64,000 nt of DNA from Mantamonas sphyraenae STR306 (GCA_026936335.1 JAPMXV010000059.1:186001-250000); one strand, 5' to 3'. Shown: positions 1 to 12,503, counted from the first letter of the stretch. Numbers and translations: made by a program. Notes: generated from the letters alone by a model not told the origin.

Positions 1-2558
1 TATTGCGAAGTCAGCAGAGGCGTGGTTGGGTTGGGTTCTCCGGCGACGTTCTGCATGCGAAGGGATTCCTCGGTAGGCTCGCGCATGCGTCGGCACACCA
101 TGGGCATGTCATTCTTCATCCACAGACTGACATGGTGCTTGAGCTGGATCATGGCCAGTGCATCTGCCGACTTGGAGGTGGTGCCTATCAGCTTGGGCAG
201 CACACCTCCCAGCACCAGCAACACACTCTGGGACACAGTCGACCACACATTGCCTCCCTTGAACATCTGTACGCTGTAAAAGACAATCATGGCCACCAAC
301 GCAATGCACGGCAGGACCACAAACATGTGCACCGCAAAGGTGTACCGCGGGTCGATTTGCAGGTGATCCAGAAGTACAAAGAACTCCAGCCACGTCATGT
401 CCACACGGCTGCGTGTGGCATCGAAGCCCAGCGCACGTTGGACCATCATGTCGTTCACGTTCAGGCTCTCCTTGCGGTGGCGTCCCCGCCTATGCGAACG
501 CCCGTGGTGCATGTGGTGATGATACACATGATGCGAATGCCGCCTCCTCAGCGACTCTTTGTCCAATCCACGTGCCTCGGCCACGCTGCGTGGGCCCTTG
601 TCTGTTCCTGACGACGACGACGACCTCCCAGCGGCGGACGCTTCTTCGTCGCCGATGTCTGTGGGTTTGCGCTTGCCCTGCTGCGGCCCGTCTGACTCCT
701 CCTCGCCAGTGTTCTGTTCATCTTCATCTTCGTCCATGTCCACCATGCCCTCGGTGACGCCTTCTTCGTCTTCGTCGTCGTCAAAGTCGTGCTCCATCAG
801 CCGTTTTTCGTCCTTTTCCATCTTGTCAAACACTTGCATGACCACCAACTTGGTGGCCATGACTGGGCCAGTCATGGTGCTCCACAGGGTGAGAAAGTTG
901 ACGAATATGGCCACGAGCAGAGCAATCATTGTCGACAGCTCGCTAATGTTGACCGTAATACCGATGAGCACAAATACAAACACATTGGTGACCTTGTACA
1001 TGCTCAAGTACGAGTAGTACGCCAAGGTAAGCAGCCAGATGCCACTGTAGAGCGAAAACAAAAACACACACCCACGCCAAACCGGGTGCGACGACGCAAT
1101 ATCTTCCTCCACATGAGCAAAGTATGCCTCGGCATCCTCAATGGACCGATAGTTGCGCGAACTGAGGCTCGGACGGCCGGGTCGGAGGTATGCGGATGAA
1201 GATGTGGAGGAGATCGAGTCTGTCGAGGCGGTGGAAATTGAACCGTACTCGGCCTCGAGGTCGGTACTGCTCTGTCCGACGGGTGTTTGCATATCGGCGG
1301 CCATTTTGGAGCTCATGCGATCGCGCATCTTCTTGCCCATCATGCCCTTGGTGATGACCACGTCGCGGATGCCGCCGGTGGCACGCGTGACGGCCTTGTC
1401 CAGGGTGCGCAAGTCGCTCACGCCACCGTAGCGAAAGAGAATGTTGATGAGACGAAAGGGAAGAAAGAGATAGGGGAGCAGGGGCACGTAGGAGACGATG
1501 GAAGAACGGCTAAAGAGCTCAGCGTAGCACCGCCTGCGGGCGCAGTCGTAGACGACGTAGTTTGTGCGCAGGAGGATGCGTGTAAAGGCAGCAGAGCATA
1601 CCAGGGAGAAACAGAAGAGGACCAACTTGATGGCAAAGACGACCGGGTTGGCCACAAGCTTGTCGCCAAAGTCGGCTGCATCCTCCACTTGAATGGTTTG
1701 CACCGCGCTGAAGTAGCTAAAGGTGTCCACGCCCTGGTGGACGAGCAACACCGTCTGCAGGACAACCATGACGATTTTGACGCGGAGCAGATAGAACGAG
1801 TCGCTCTCAAGCATGCTGTGGGTGCCCCTGCGGAACAGAAGCTCCAGAAAGGGCAGATAGCCGTTCTTGAGCATGCCGAAGCGCAGATTGTCCCTTCCGG
1901 CACGCTTGTCCACCTCTGCAGCCAAAAGGATGAAAAAGATGAGCCCCACAAGCCAGGATACGATGCTGAGGCTGGTGCGGAAGTTTTCGATTGCTTTCGA
2001 GCCCACGACGACGTTGCAGACAATCTGGTTGGTGAGCACGTGTCGCTGGCAGCAATGGAGCTTGTTGGTGCTCACATGTGACTGGGCATTGTAGCAAAGG
2101 TACCACTGGGGTTCCTCCGAGTCAATCACGGGAGCGCTGATGTCTACCTGTGTAGCGTTCACAATCAGCTCGGCAATGATCTCCTTCTTGGTTTCCATGG
2201 GGTAGGCATCACACCAAGGTGCCAAAGGGATCTCCTCCTTTTGCCAGTTGAGAGTGAGTGTGCCCAGGGAGTACAACTCGAGGTGTTGGTAGGCAAACAT
2301 CAGGTCTTCCGGCCGTTTGGCCAGTGCCCACTTTGTCAGGTTGGCCACTTGCGAGTCCTTGGCCGAGTCGATGTCAAAGTCAAAGTAGAAGACCGGCGCC
2401 ACGATGCCTGTGCTGTCAAACGCGTGGCGGAGGGCGCGAAAATCGCGCAGCGTGAACTCGGTCTGGTTGCCGTCACATATGGCGTGCACACTTGGCAGCA
2501 TGAGGAGCGCAAGGACGGCGAGTAGCATACAGACATGTACGGACTGGGGGCGACGCAT
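1..2558 (-). CDS. Uncharacterised multi-pass membrane protein (~852 aa) with signal peptide; probable stop codon completes 1 nt outside the window
   Basis: Manual translation from ATG 2558 (MRRPQSVHVCMLLAVLALLMLPSVHA-ICDGNQTEF) is open to position 3 and ends ...PLLTSQ followed by TA. Cys-containing ectodomain, about 8 hydrophobic segments, acidic loop, His-rich stretch. Absent from the ORF track because no stop lies in the window. Confidence 0.85.
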   Translation of the reverse strand, partial: MRRPQSVHVCMLLAVLALLMLPSVHAICDGNQTEFTLRDFRALRHAFDSTGIVAPVFYFDFDIDSAKDSQVANLTKWALAKRPEDLMFAYQHLELYSLGTLTLNWQKEEIPLAPWCDAYPMETKKEIIAELIVNATQVDISAPVIDSEEPQWYLCYNAQSHVSTNKLHCCQRHVLTNQIVCNVVVGSKAIENFRTSLSIVSWLVGLIFFILLAAEVDKRAGRDNLRFGMLKNGYLPFLELLFRRGTHSMLESDSFYLLRVKIVMVVLQTVLLVHQGVDTFSYFSAVQTIQVEDAADFGDKLVANPVVFAIKLVLFCFSLVCSAAFTRILLRTNYVVYDCARRRCYAELFSRSSIVSYVPLLPYLFLPFRLINILFRYGGVSDLRTLDKAVTRATGGIRDVVITKGMMGKKMRDRMSSKMAADMQTPVGQSSTDLEAEYGSISTASTDSISSTSSSAYLRPGRPSLSSRNYRSIEDAEAYFAHVEEDIASSHPVWRGCVFLFSLYSGIWLLTLAYYSYLSMYKVTNVFVFVLIGITVNISELSTMIALLVAIFVNFLTLWSTMTGPVMATKLVVMQVFDKMEKDEKRLMEHDFDDDEDEEGVTEGMVDMDEDEDEQNTGEEESDGPQQGKRKPTDIGDEEASAAGRSSSSSGTDKGPRSVAEARGLDKESLRRRHSHHVYHHHMHHGRSHRRGRHRKESLNVNDMMVQRALGFDATRSRVDMTWLEFFVLLDHLQIDPRYTFAVHMFVVLPCIALVAMIVFYSVQMFKGGNVWSTVSQSVLLVLGGVLPKLIGTTSKSADALAMIQLKHHVSLWMKNDMPMVCRRMREPTEESLRMQNVAGEPNPTTPLLTSQ

Positions 2559-2657
2559 GGGTGCGGTGATGATGATCTTGCTACAGTGCTGAATCGAGTG
2601 TGAGCGCAAGCGCGTTCCGAAGCAAAACCCCAGCACCCAGCTGCTTTCGGAGAGTGC

Positions 2658-5600
2658 ATGTTTGGCAAGCTCAAACGCAAGAGCGGCAAGGCCAAGAGTG
2701 GCAGCAGTGGCGACGGCGACGAAGTGGACGCAGAACATGCAGCGTTCATGGCGTCGCTGGGGGTCGATCCGTCTGCGTTCCAAGGTAGGTGATGGGACAG
2801 CGGAGGTTATCCGTGGGTGCATGCACACACCAAACAGTAACAGAGCAGCTAGAAACACGGGACAGAGGTGGTGTGGCTGAGGAAGAATGGCCAAAAGAGC
2901 TGACGCAAACAAGCAGTTCCCACGGAAGAAGCGGACGAGGTGCCTTCTGTGGACGTGGAGGCTATGCAGCGTATGCTACAGGCTATGGGCGGGGACAGCG
3001 ACGACGAAGACGACGATGACGGAGAGGATGTGGAGCTGACGGAGGAGGAAATGCAGGATCCTAGCATGCTGGCGGAGCTGGAGGCCATTGTGAACGGAAA
3101 CGTACCGGAAGTGGGCGCAGGCAAGCAGGCAGACGCAGAAGCTGAGCTGATGGCGTTGCTGAACGGAAGCGGAGGAGGCGGAGCGGCACGCAATGCGCAG
3201 GATGAAGCCATGCTTCGCGAGTTTGCGGTGCAGCAGGGGTTGCAGACTCCCGGAGCAGCGGAATTGGAAGCCATAGCCAACAAGGAGTCGCAGCAGACAA
3301 AACTGAAGCTGCAGGCAATCCAATTGCGCGATCGAGGCGACAAGAAGGGTGCCGTGGAGTGTCTGAAGCGCTCAAAGATGCTGGAACGCGAGGTGGTGGA
3401 TCTGAAGGAGCTGCTGGAAGCACAGGGGATCGATGTGCAGGCAGCATTGCGTCAGAGACAGCAACAGCAGCAAAGGAAGCAAGTAGGGAGCCAAGGGACA
3501 GGAGCAGGAGGCGCAAGTGCACCGGGTAGGACCGGAGGCGGCAAAGAGGCGCTGGCAAACCGTGCACACCGGCTAATGGTAGAGTACAAGCGAGCAGCGG
3601 TGACGGCTAGAGACGCGGGGAATGTTGGGTATGCAAAGGGATTGCTCAAGGTGGCTATGGCGGTGGAAAAGCAGGTGCAGGCTTACAGGGAACTGGGGGT
3701 GGACATTGACGAGAGCAAATTGCCGCCTCCGGTAGCGTCGTTGTCAATGGTCAACGAACTTTTGGGCCTGACGCCGGAGGATTCGGCGGGGGAACAAGGG
3801 CAGGGAAACACGGGTGAAGAGGATGAGGATGACGGTGAAGAGACGCAGATGCTGGACGAGGAAGGGGCACAGAGTGACGCAAGAGGTCGCAAGGCTCTAG
3901 AAACAGTGGTGGATGTGCACAGTGCGCGCAACGAGGCAGTGTACGACATGCTGGAGAGCACACTGAAGAAGCAGGTGACGCTGGCGGCAAAACGGGTGGA
4001 GAATGCGCGGCGAGCAGGCGACACGCGCATGGTGAACCTGTATGAAAAGGAGCAGGAGAACGGGAAAAGGGACTTGGAGTCTTTGTTGAGTGCGAGGTAC
4101 CACCAGCAGGTGCCTCCTCGCTTTCACTACCAGACACGCGTGCACAGGCAGGTGATCACGAACGCCGAGATTGGCGAAGACGAGCTGGAGCTGACCATTG
4201 TGCGCGCGAGCAAGGTGAGGCCGCCCTCGGGATACGACTCGTTGGATCTGTATGTGGCGTACGAGCTGGCGTACCCGTCGAGCAAAGAGGGCGCGAGTGG
4301 GACAAGCAACACGTGCAAGAGCTCGCTGGATCCCGAGTTTGGCCACACGGAGTCGGTGAACATCGAACGAGGTAAAAAGTCGTTTGTGCGCTTTTGTGAC
4401 CGCAAGAAGATGACGTTTGTGCTGTGGCACAGCCGGTTCCTGTTCTCCGACGTGGAAGTGGGTCGCTGCGAGCTTCCGCTCAAACCACTTCTGGACAAGT
4501 GCCAAATGCACGTGCGGATGGAGATTCTGGATGGACGTAAGCGCACAGGAGGCAAGCTGGAGGTCAAAGTACGGCTGCGCGAGCCTCTGGCAGGGCAGCA
4601 AGTGGAAGAGGTGGAAGACAAGGTGCTGATCATCGACGACTACGAGGAACAGCAACAGGTGAGCAGTGCCAGCTCGAGCGCACGGACGAGTGCAAGTGGA
4701 AAAGGCAAGGGCAAGGAGAGTGGTGGTGGTGGTGGTGGTGGTGGTGGGACGTCGACGACAAAGGTGGGCAACGACACAGTGGTGTTGGATCCCAGCTCGC
4801 TTGTGAATCTGCTATCGAATGATGTGATGAAGTACGAAGTATCAAAAATCGAAGAGGCGCAGTCGCAGTACGAGGCGCAGGAGCAACGAGCGCCGAGAGC
4901 ATTGGAGGAGCAACGGCAAGCGATCGCCAGCCAGCAGAAGAAGCTTCAGCAGGCGCTGGTGAGCGGACAGAAGGACATTGCATTGTACATGCGTCAGCTG
5001 ATGGACAAGATGGAGGCGGAAAAGGCCATGGCCTTGGAGTACCGAGCGAGTGGATTGACACAGTATGCCATGGTGTGTCTGCAACATCGGAAAATCATGA
5101 TGGCCGAGCTGGCACGGCTAAAGGACAATTCGTCAGAGGCATACACACAGGCAGAAGGCATGGCACCGACCAAGGCAGCCCAGCCGCTGAATGCCGTGCA
5201 GAAGAAATCGGAAACGGCACAGTCGGACACGTCTGCCCTTCCACAGAGCAACGGGGATGGCGATGGGGATGTGAGCACGGCATCATCATCATCATCGTCG
5301 TCGTCGTCGTCATCGTCGTCGACAGAGGGGCAAGGTGGGCAAGAGGAAGAACCGATGCAACTGCGTGCGGACGACGAGGGCCCAGGCGAAGTGTCGTCGA
5401 TTGTGAGCAACGATGTGCTTGCATGGGAACTGGAGAGGGTGACCAAGGTGATGGAGGACTGTGCGGCACGTGGGGCGGCTGTGCCGGATGACGTGATGGA
5501 ACGGAAGATGGAAATCGACACGGCCATGCTGATGTTGGGCATGAAGGTGCAGAATGGGCAGCTGACCCTGGAGGGTTACTGCGAAATGGTGCGCAAGGAG

Positions 5601-6209
5601 GTGGCATCCATGAACAAGCGAGCACGCATGTACAAAGAGGCGGGTAAAACACAATGGGCCGCGCACGCGTTCAAACACGTCAAGATCATGGAGAAGGAGC
5701 TGGCGGGAGTGGACGAGGCCAACGCAGAGCAATTGGAGGAAATCAAGGCGCGTGAGGAGGAGGCTCAGGCACAAGCGCAGGCACAGGCGCAGGCACAGGC
5801 GCAGCCGCGTGAGGAAGAGCATCCACAGCAGCAGGATGTATCAGGGGAGGCACCGTTTCCGGGCACTGTGTTGCACGAAGCGACACCTGACGCGTCTGGG
5901 GTTGTGCCTTGTGCAGCCGTGCTTGCGTGGGAAAAGGAGCAGCTGACAAATCACATTGGCAGCATCCGGGAATCGGGTCAAGAGCCGTCTGCGCTGTGGA
6001 TCTCAAAGTTCAAAGAGGTGAATGCACGACTTCGCGAAGCAGAGGCCGCCAAGGAAAGTGTGACACGAGAGACAATGGTGGAGTGGGCGGAGCGAGAACG
6101 GGCAGCGGCCATGCAAGCCAAGCAGGAGGGCAACAAGAACATGATGGTCGTTTTTGTCAAGCACGTGAAGCTCATCCAGGGGGAAGCACAGGCTCTAGGG
6201 CTCATGTGA
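2658..6209 (+). CDS. CC2D1: CC2D1/Lgd-like DM14 and C2 domain protein (ESCRT-III regulator); exons 2658-2784, 2917-6209
   Basis: DM14-like motifs (EYKRAAVTARDAGNVGYAKGLLKVA...IDESKLPPP), VPPRFHY, C2 domain ending TGGKLEVKVRLREPL. Intron GTAGGT..GCTGAC..CAG restores frame from MFGKLKRK. Confidence 0.88.
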
Positions 6210-6293
6210 AGCGTGAATTACAAAAGCAATGACACCTAAACCGAACTGATTGTGATTTGCAGTTTATGTGTGTGCAGAGCAGTGCTCAGACGC

Positions 6294-8757
6294 TCAGCCT
6301 TCAAACGGCACCTCGGTCACACTGATCAGCTCCTCGACCTCAACTTCCTCGTAGACCATCTCCGGATCATTGACCGGGTCGTAGCCAATGAGGTCGATGA
6401 TTCGCTCGTGCATGGCGACATACTCGTCCTGCTTGGCCTGCAGGTAGCGGTCCCAAAAGGCACGCTGCTCCTGGCGCTCAGCCAGCTGCTCGCCGCTGAG
6501 CTGCTCCGCACGCACGCGATCCTCCTCGTCGAATCGCTCGGCAAACTCTTTCTTGAGGCGCTTCTTGACCTGGCGCTGTTCGTCTGCAGACAGGAGAGTG
6601 GGCGGTCGCGGACGCCAGATCATCTGCCAAAACTTGTCGCGCGCTGTGCGGTGCACCAGCTTGCCCTGAAAGTCCCACACGTTGAAGCCGTTCTCCAACG
6701 AGTGGCGCCAGTGGTTGACGTAGGAGCACACGTAGCGTCCGGTTGGATCCCAGTTGACGTCGGTCATCATAAAATGTTCACCCTCGCCCATCATGCTCTT
6801 CTTGTCCACATCCCAGAACTGCAGCACGGCGTTGCTGCCCATGCCAGCCATGAGCAGGTATCGTCCCAAGGGGCTCCACTCCAGCATGTCCACCGGCTGC
6901 CTCTCCAGCTCGGCTTGCAGTCCCAGGCCGTCCTTTGTGTTCATGCTGTAGATCTTGGGCTCACCACCCACGATGATGGCAAAGCGGTCACCGTTGGGCT
7001 CCCATGCAAAGGCAGACACCTTGTCTTCGATCTCGATGGCCTGCACAGGCACGCCTTTGTCGCGCAGCCTGAAAAACTCCAGCGTGACGGCGTCCTTTTT
7101 GCCCTTGGCGTCGCGCTTGGCACGCACACACAGAAAGTCGCCCGACGGGTGCCAGTGGAGGGAGAGATTGGTGGCGTTGAAGAGGTTCTTCTGGCCGACG
7201 ATCTTGCGTTCGGGAATGGACATGAGGGTGACGTTGGCCGGCTTGTCGCCGGACTCGGGCACCCAAAAAGCAATGATGTTGTCGGAGGGACTCCACTGGA
7301 AGTCCTTGATGCCAGCGACCTCGATGGCCTTCTTGTCCAGCAGGCCCATGGAGGGAGTCTTGTACACGGACAGCTTGTCTTCGCCGAGACGAGCCACAAA
7401 GTGGTCGTCGTGGCTCCACTTGAAGAAGGGCCAGGGCACCTGGTTGACAATGTGAAACTTGTCCATGGTAAAGGCACGCATGCGACGTCCGCTGCGCACG
7501 TCCCACACGACAATGGCCTGCGGGTCCTTTGGGTTGTCGTGCTCCTGGTTGTTGAACGTCACCATGTACTTTTCGTTGGGCGAAAAGCCAATGACCTTGA
7601 CGTTGTGGTGAGCAAAGCGGCGGAAATACCACTCCTCGCCCATCCACAGGGCCACGCCTTGCGGATGGACGGTGGCCAGGTACGTGCCACGAGGCGACCA
7701 CTCGATGAACCCATCGGTCCAGTTGGTCTCCTTGCGCACCACCTCGTGGTCCTCTCCAAACGGATTGCTCCAGCGCACCTCGGTCTCGTTGCCGTAGCGG
7801 ATGGCGTACTGATCGCGTCCGTCCAGATCCTTCAGGAACCACAGCAGGTCGCCGGGGTCCTCGTAGTCCTTGGTCTCGGGCGGCACAAATTCGTCGGGGG
7901 CGTTGACAAAGCCTTCCACCTCTGTGGCCAGGTTGGCCTTGATGGAGTGGGTTTTGTCCAGGGGCACCCCCTGCAGCGCACGCACGGTTTGCTCAGCGGC
8001 GCTGGGGTTCTCCAGCTCCAGGAAGGCGTACCCTTTGGTTTTGCCCTTGGGTGTGCAGGGCATGGAGACGACGAGCTCGGTGCGGTGGGTCTTGCAGAAG
8101 CGACCAAAACGAGATTCCTCGCCACATGCAACGGTGGTGCCCTTTTCCTCGCCAGGAATGAGGGAGGGACAGGTGCCGTCGGGCACACTGGTGGACTTGC
8201 GCAGCTCCTCGGGCAGTGCCTCTGCGGTGAACTCGGTGAGCGGGCAGGGTGTGACGCCGACCTTTTTCAGCTTTTTCAGGACGGCGGTGATCAGTTTGGA
8301 GCGCTTGCTGAGGGGCACCACGGGCAGGTTGTCCAACACGACGATGTTCTCCACAGAGTAGTTGGCAATGATGGGAGGCAGGTCAAAGTAGATTTCGTCC
8401 TCGTTGCGAGGGTCGTTGAAGCCTCCGCCGCGTTCCTCAAGGGCGTCGGCGGCACGTTTGGAGCTCGACGACGACGAAGACGACGACGACACGGTATCTG
8501 CGTACGACACTGGGGTGGACAAGGTGGCGACACAGGCAGGGGCACATGCGTGGGCGAGCAACAAGGTGTCAGTGGCATGTGGCGGGCGCTGGCAAGGGTA
8601 GATTTCTGTGAAAGTCGGCCGGGGTGCCGCATGCGACGAGCGCAGGTGCAGACGCAGACGAGACAACGGCACAGACACAGGTGTGTGGGCATACGGGAGC
8701 CCAGAGGGGGGGGGGCAGCGTGGGATAAAGTCAGGGGAATTGCAGGATGCACGCACT
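6294..8757 (-). CDS. EIF3B: Translation initiation factor eIF3 subunit b (~738 aa); start codon probably split A|TG by intron 8756-8510
   Basis: RRM (IVVLDNLPVV, KTKGYAFLE, LDKTH), WD propeller (WSPRGTYLAT, WDPTGRYV, LENGF, WRPRPP). Splicing GTGCGT..CTGAC..CAG yields MSYADTV in frame. Confidence 0.96.
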
Positions 8758-8817
8758 TGTGAGAACGGTTTGGGTGGGTGAAGGGGTGCGCTCGTCGCGA
8801 GACAACCAATTTCCAAG

Positions 8818-9572
8818 ATGGTGGGTGACACTGTGGGCACACATGGGCAAACGTGGAGGGAGGAGGCAACGAAACATGGAGAGGGTTGGCGAGTTGGCAC
8901 GAAGCACTGACACAGACGCTGTTGCAGTCGCTGTACTCGGTGAGGAACATGCTCATTCTGGACAACGACGGCAAGCGCATTGCCGTCAAGTACTACGGGT
9001 CGGACGTCAACACAGAGGTGGAACAGCAGATGAAGTTTGAGAGCGAGCTGTTCCAAAAGACGTACCGTGCCAGCGGTGAGTGCAGGGCGTGGCCAAACGG
9101 GCGGGTTTCCCTCTGGGAATCCGGGGTTCCGCCACTTTCACCCCCCGCGAGACTGGACGACGAACTGACAGGCACGCACGCATGCACGCATGCACACACA
9201 GGGGAAATCATTATGTTTGACAACCACGTGGTGGTGTACCAAAACATCGGCGACGTGTTCTTCTACGTGTCGGGACCCTCGGACGAAAACGAGCTGATGC
9301 TTTCGTCGGTGCTGGAGGCGCTGACAGAGACGGTGTCGCTGCTTCTGCGCAACCTGGTGGACAAAAAGACCATGCTGGACTACCTGGACATCGCACTGTT
9401 GACCATGGACGAGATGGTGGACCAGGGGGTGATCATGGAGACCGATTCGCAAACCATTGCCAACCGCGTTACCATGCGCGGCGTCGACGGGGAGGTGCCC
9501 CTCAGCGAGCAAACCATCTCGCAGGCTTTGCAAACAGCCAAGGAGCAGACACTCAAGTTGATCAAGGGATGA
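8818..9572 (+). CDS. COPZ1: Coatomer zeta subunit (173 aa); exons 8818-8820 (ATG only), 8928-9075, 9202-9572
   Basis: MSLYSVRNMLILDNDGKRIAVKYY, ENELML, DEMVDQGVIMETD, LSEQTISQAL; canonical introns with CTGAC branch sites. Confidence 0.95.
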
Positions 9573-9628
9573 ACTGTGGCAGCACAAAATGAAACAAGGG
9601 GTCCAATTTTCTTCTGCTGACGCTCTGC

Positions 9629-12503
9629 TCATCCATCCAGCTCCTCGCCGCTCTTGTCTTCGCCAACCTGAAGCAGCCTGTCAAGCTTGGCTCGTTCCAG
9701 TTCCTGTCGCTCCTTCTCCAGCTCCTGAGGAGTCTTCTTCTCAACCTCCTGACGGCCACGGCGGCCTCGCCTGCGCGCAGCGACGCCACGGGAACCCGGA
9801 CGGCGGGAGAGGAGGAGGAGGAGGAGGAGGAAGAGGACGACGACGAGGAGGAAGAGGCTTGTGTCTGGTCGTCCTCGGGGTCGATGTGTTTGCGGAGGTT
9901 GGGGGAAAGCTTGAAGGTGGTGACGTTGCCTCGGTTGTCGCCGATGAGCACCACGGGGTTGACTGGGTTGAAGACGATGTGGGTGGCTTTGGCGCCCTTT
10001 CGAACGACCTGTTGGACACACATGGGCACGTGCTTGCTCTCGTTGAGGTCGTACACGTGGACCTTGCCCTCGTCGGTCACGGCCGCAAAGACGGTGCTGG
10101 AGTACGGGGCCCAGGCGACGTCGCCGACGGCGTTCTTGAGGTCAAAGGACATGAGTGGGCGCTTGCTGGTGTGGTCCCACAGCTTGACGGTCCAGTCTGC
10201 GGAGCAGGAGAGGAAGGTCTTGGGGTGGTAAGGGTTCCACTTGCAGGCGTACACAGGCATGTTGTGGCCGCTGTACGTTTCCAGGTACTGCGAGATGTAG
10301 GCCTTGGAGCACTTGTGGATCTTGCCCTCCTCGGTGCCAACGATAAACAGGTGCTCCTGGTGGGCGTTGAAGTCGAACGAGCAGCCGCCTGCGAGACCAA
10401 ACAGCGAGCTGTCGTCGGTGTCCTGGTCGTCGCCCTCGTTCTGGGTCAGCTTGAGTTGCATGACGTCTTCAAACACCAGCTCGTTCTTGACCATGGTCCA
10501 GGAGGTGACGCGTCCGTCGGTGCTGACGGAGAAGAAGTTGAGGTTCTTGGCGAGGTCTTCGGCCTGCCACTTGACCTGCCACACGGGGTCTGTGTGCTTG
10601 CCCGTCTTGGCAGTGCTCTTGAAGATGGGCTTGTTGAGCTTGTGGGACAGGTCAAACACCATCACCGTGCCGTCGTACAGGCCGACGCAATGAGGCTGGA
10701 GTGCTGCGGATGGAAGTCCAGGGCCATCACGCCGCTGTCTGTGGAGTAGATGTACTCCGGGTACGACGGATTCTTCAGCGAGAAGCAGCAAATGTAGCCG
10801 CTCATGGGCTTGGAAAAGTCGTAGGAGCCGTATCCGACTGCGAAAAAGTCGGGATAGTCCGGATTCCAGCTGAGGGCTGTGACGTAGTGGCGTTTGGAGG
10901 CCTTGGGATTGGTAAACTTCCACAAGGGCAGGAGGGAGCCCTCCTGGATGAACTCGTCGGCCGGATGTTCGTAGAACTTAAAGTCGCTGGAGATGTCGTC
11001 AAAGATGTTCTGGACGACCATGCGCTCGAGGATGCGTGCCGAGCGAGCCATTTCGGTGCTGTGGATGATGTCGTCTGACTTTTGGTTGGACTGCTGCGCA
11101 GGCGTGTCGTTGGGCTCCTCCTCCTTCTGGCCGAGCTTGGGCTTGGAACGGTCTTTGATGCTACGTTCGCGCTCCTGGTCGTAAATGTACGCGTCGTAGA
11201 TCTGCCACTGCGTGGCCGAGCCGCTGTATGGATTCATGGGCCTCTGAACGGTCTGACACTCGCGGTTCTGTGCGATGGAAAGTGGTGAGGCGGGGAAAGG
11301 TAAATGGAGAGTGTGTCAGAACTGCACGGATGATGGATTGGGATGATGTACACCTACGCGGGGTGGGTTGTTGAAAAAGGTCTGTGCTGCGCGTGTGCTG
11401 TACTTGAACTGGTTGCGCGACTGGTTGCTGGACTTGGCTGCGGCGTCGTCTTCGAGCTCTTCTTCGCCTTCGCCATCGTTCTCCTTGTCGTCGGCACCGG
11501 CGCCTGAGGAGGAGGAGGAGGAGGAGGAGACGCCTGTGTGCAGGACAAAAGGAAAATGAGCACATGGACAAGGGTATATCGAGGGCATATGGGGTGAGAC
11601 AACGCGAGAACAGGGGCGACAACAAAGGTGGAGGCCACGCGCGCAAAATCACTCACCCTCGGTGCTGGTGCCGACCTCCTCGGTCTCGACGGCACCCTTG
11701 TTCTTGGCCTTCTTCTCGAGGTCGAGCAGGCGCTTGCCTTCTGCGCTCTTCTTGTGGACAATGAAACTGTGTTTGTGAAGCGTGGACGGGACCCGTGCGG
11801 GGAAAGGGTGTCAGGGCAAAAAGCGCTGGATGGAGGGAACAGGGAAGAGAGAAAGCGTTGCGCCGCATTTGGAGGTGCTTCACGTACCTGTCGAGAGTAA
11901 AGTGCACCGTGGTCTGGTCGACGGATGGCTCCTGCATGTACTCCATCTCGCGGTAGTTGTAGCGGACAATGTTGTGGGGCCGGGTCGGGTTTGTGGCACG
12001 GAGGATGCGGGTGTGCTCCACCTCAAGCTCCTCCTCAGAGAGCTTGAGCTGGTCTGTAGGGTGGTGGACACACATCGAGTGCAAAGAGGAAGCCGGGGAA
12101 TGGGCACGGGGGTGAGCATGGAGGCCACGATGGCGAGGTTGTGTGCGTGTATGGACGTACCGGCAGGCTTGATGGGTTGTAGCCGTTGCAGATCGAGCGA
12201 GAGGTGGCTGGCGGTGTCGGCCTCCGATTCGGCACGAGCACTGTTGTCCACCTCTTGCTGTTCCTGCTGGCGCTGCGGACGGCGACGGCCTGTGGCTCGG
12301 CCCGGTTGCTGTGGTGACGAGGGTCGACGGTAACGAGCACGGGAGGGGAGAAGGGTGCAACGGGCACGGGCAAACACGAGCAGGGCGCACGAGACACAGA
12401 GTTAGCAAAAGAGGCGCACAAGGGAAGGGCGGGCAACAGTGCATGGGTGGGAGGATGTGCAGTGACGTACGTTTCGGCGACCACGTCGGGTACGGGAAGA
12501 CAT
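9629..12503 (-). CDS. DNAI1: Axonemal outer-arm dynein intermediate chain 1 (IC78-type); 6 coding exons, two apparent 1-nt frameshifts (~10686, ~9808)
   Basis: KPADQLKLSEEEL..TRILRATNP..PHNIVRY, NQF, ATQWQIYDAY, ILERMVVQN, LLPLWKF, KHTDPVWQVKW, VGTEEGKIHKCS, KLSPNLRK. Confidence 0.93.

Noticed and set aside
2566-2593. TGATGA...CTGA C/D-box-like pair
   Set aside because: Too short for a snoRNA and lies in a divergent promoter.
6252-8762. 836 aa antisense ORF opposite eIF3b, and many similar shadow ORFs
   Set aside because: Expected from GC-rich codon bias; no domain features.
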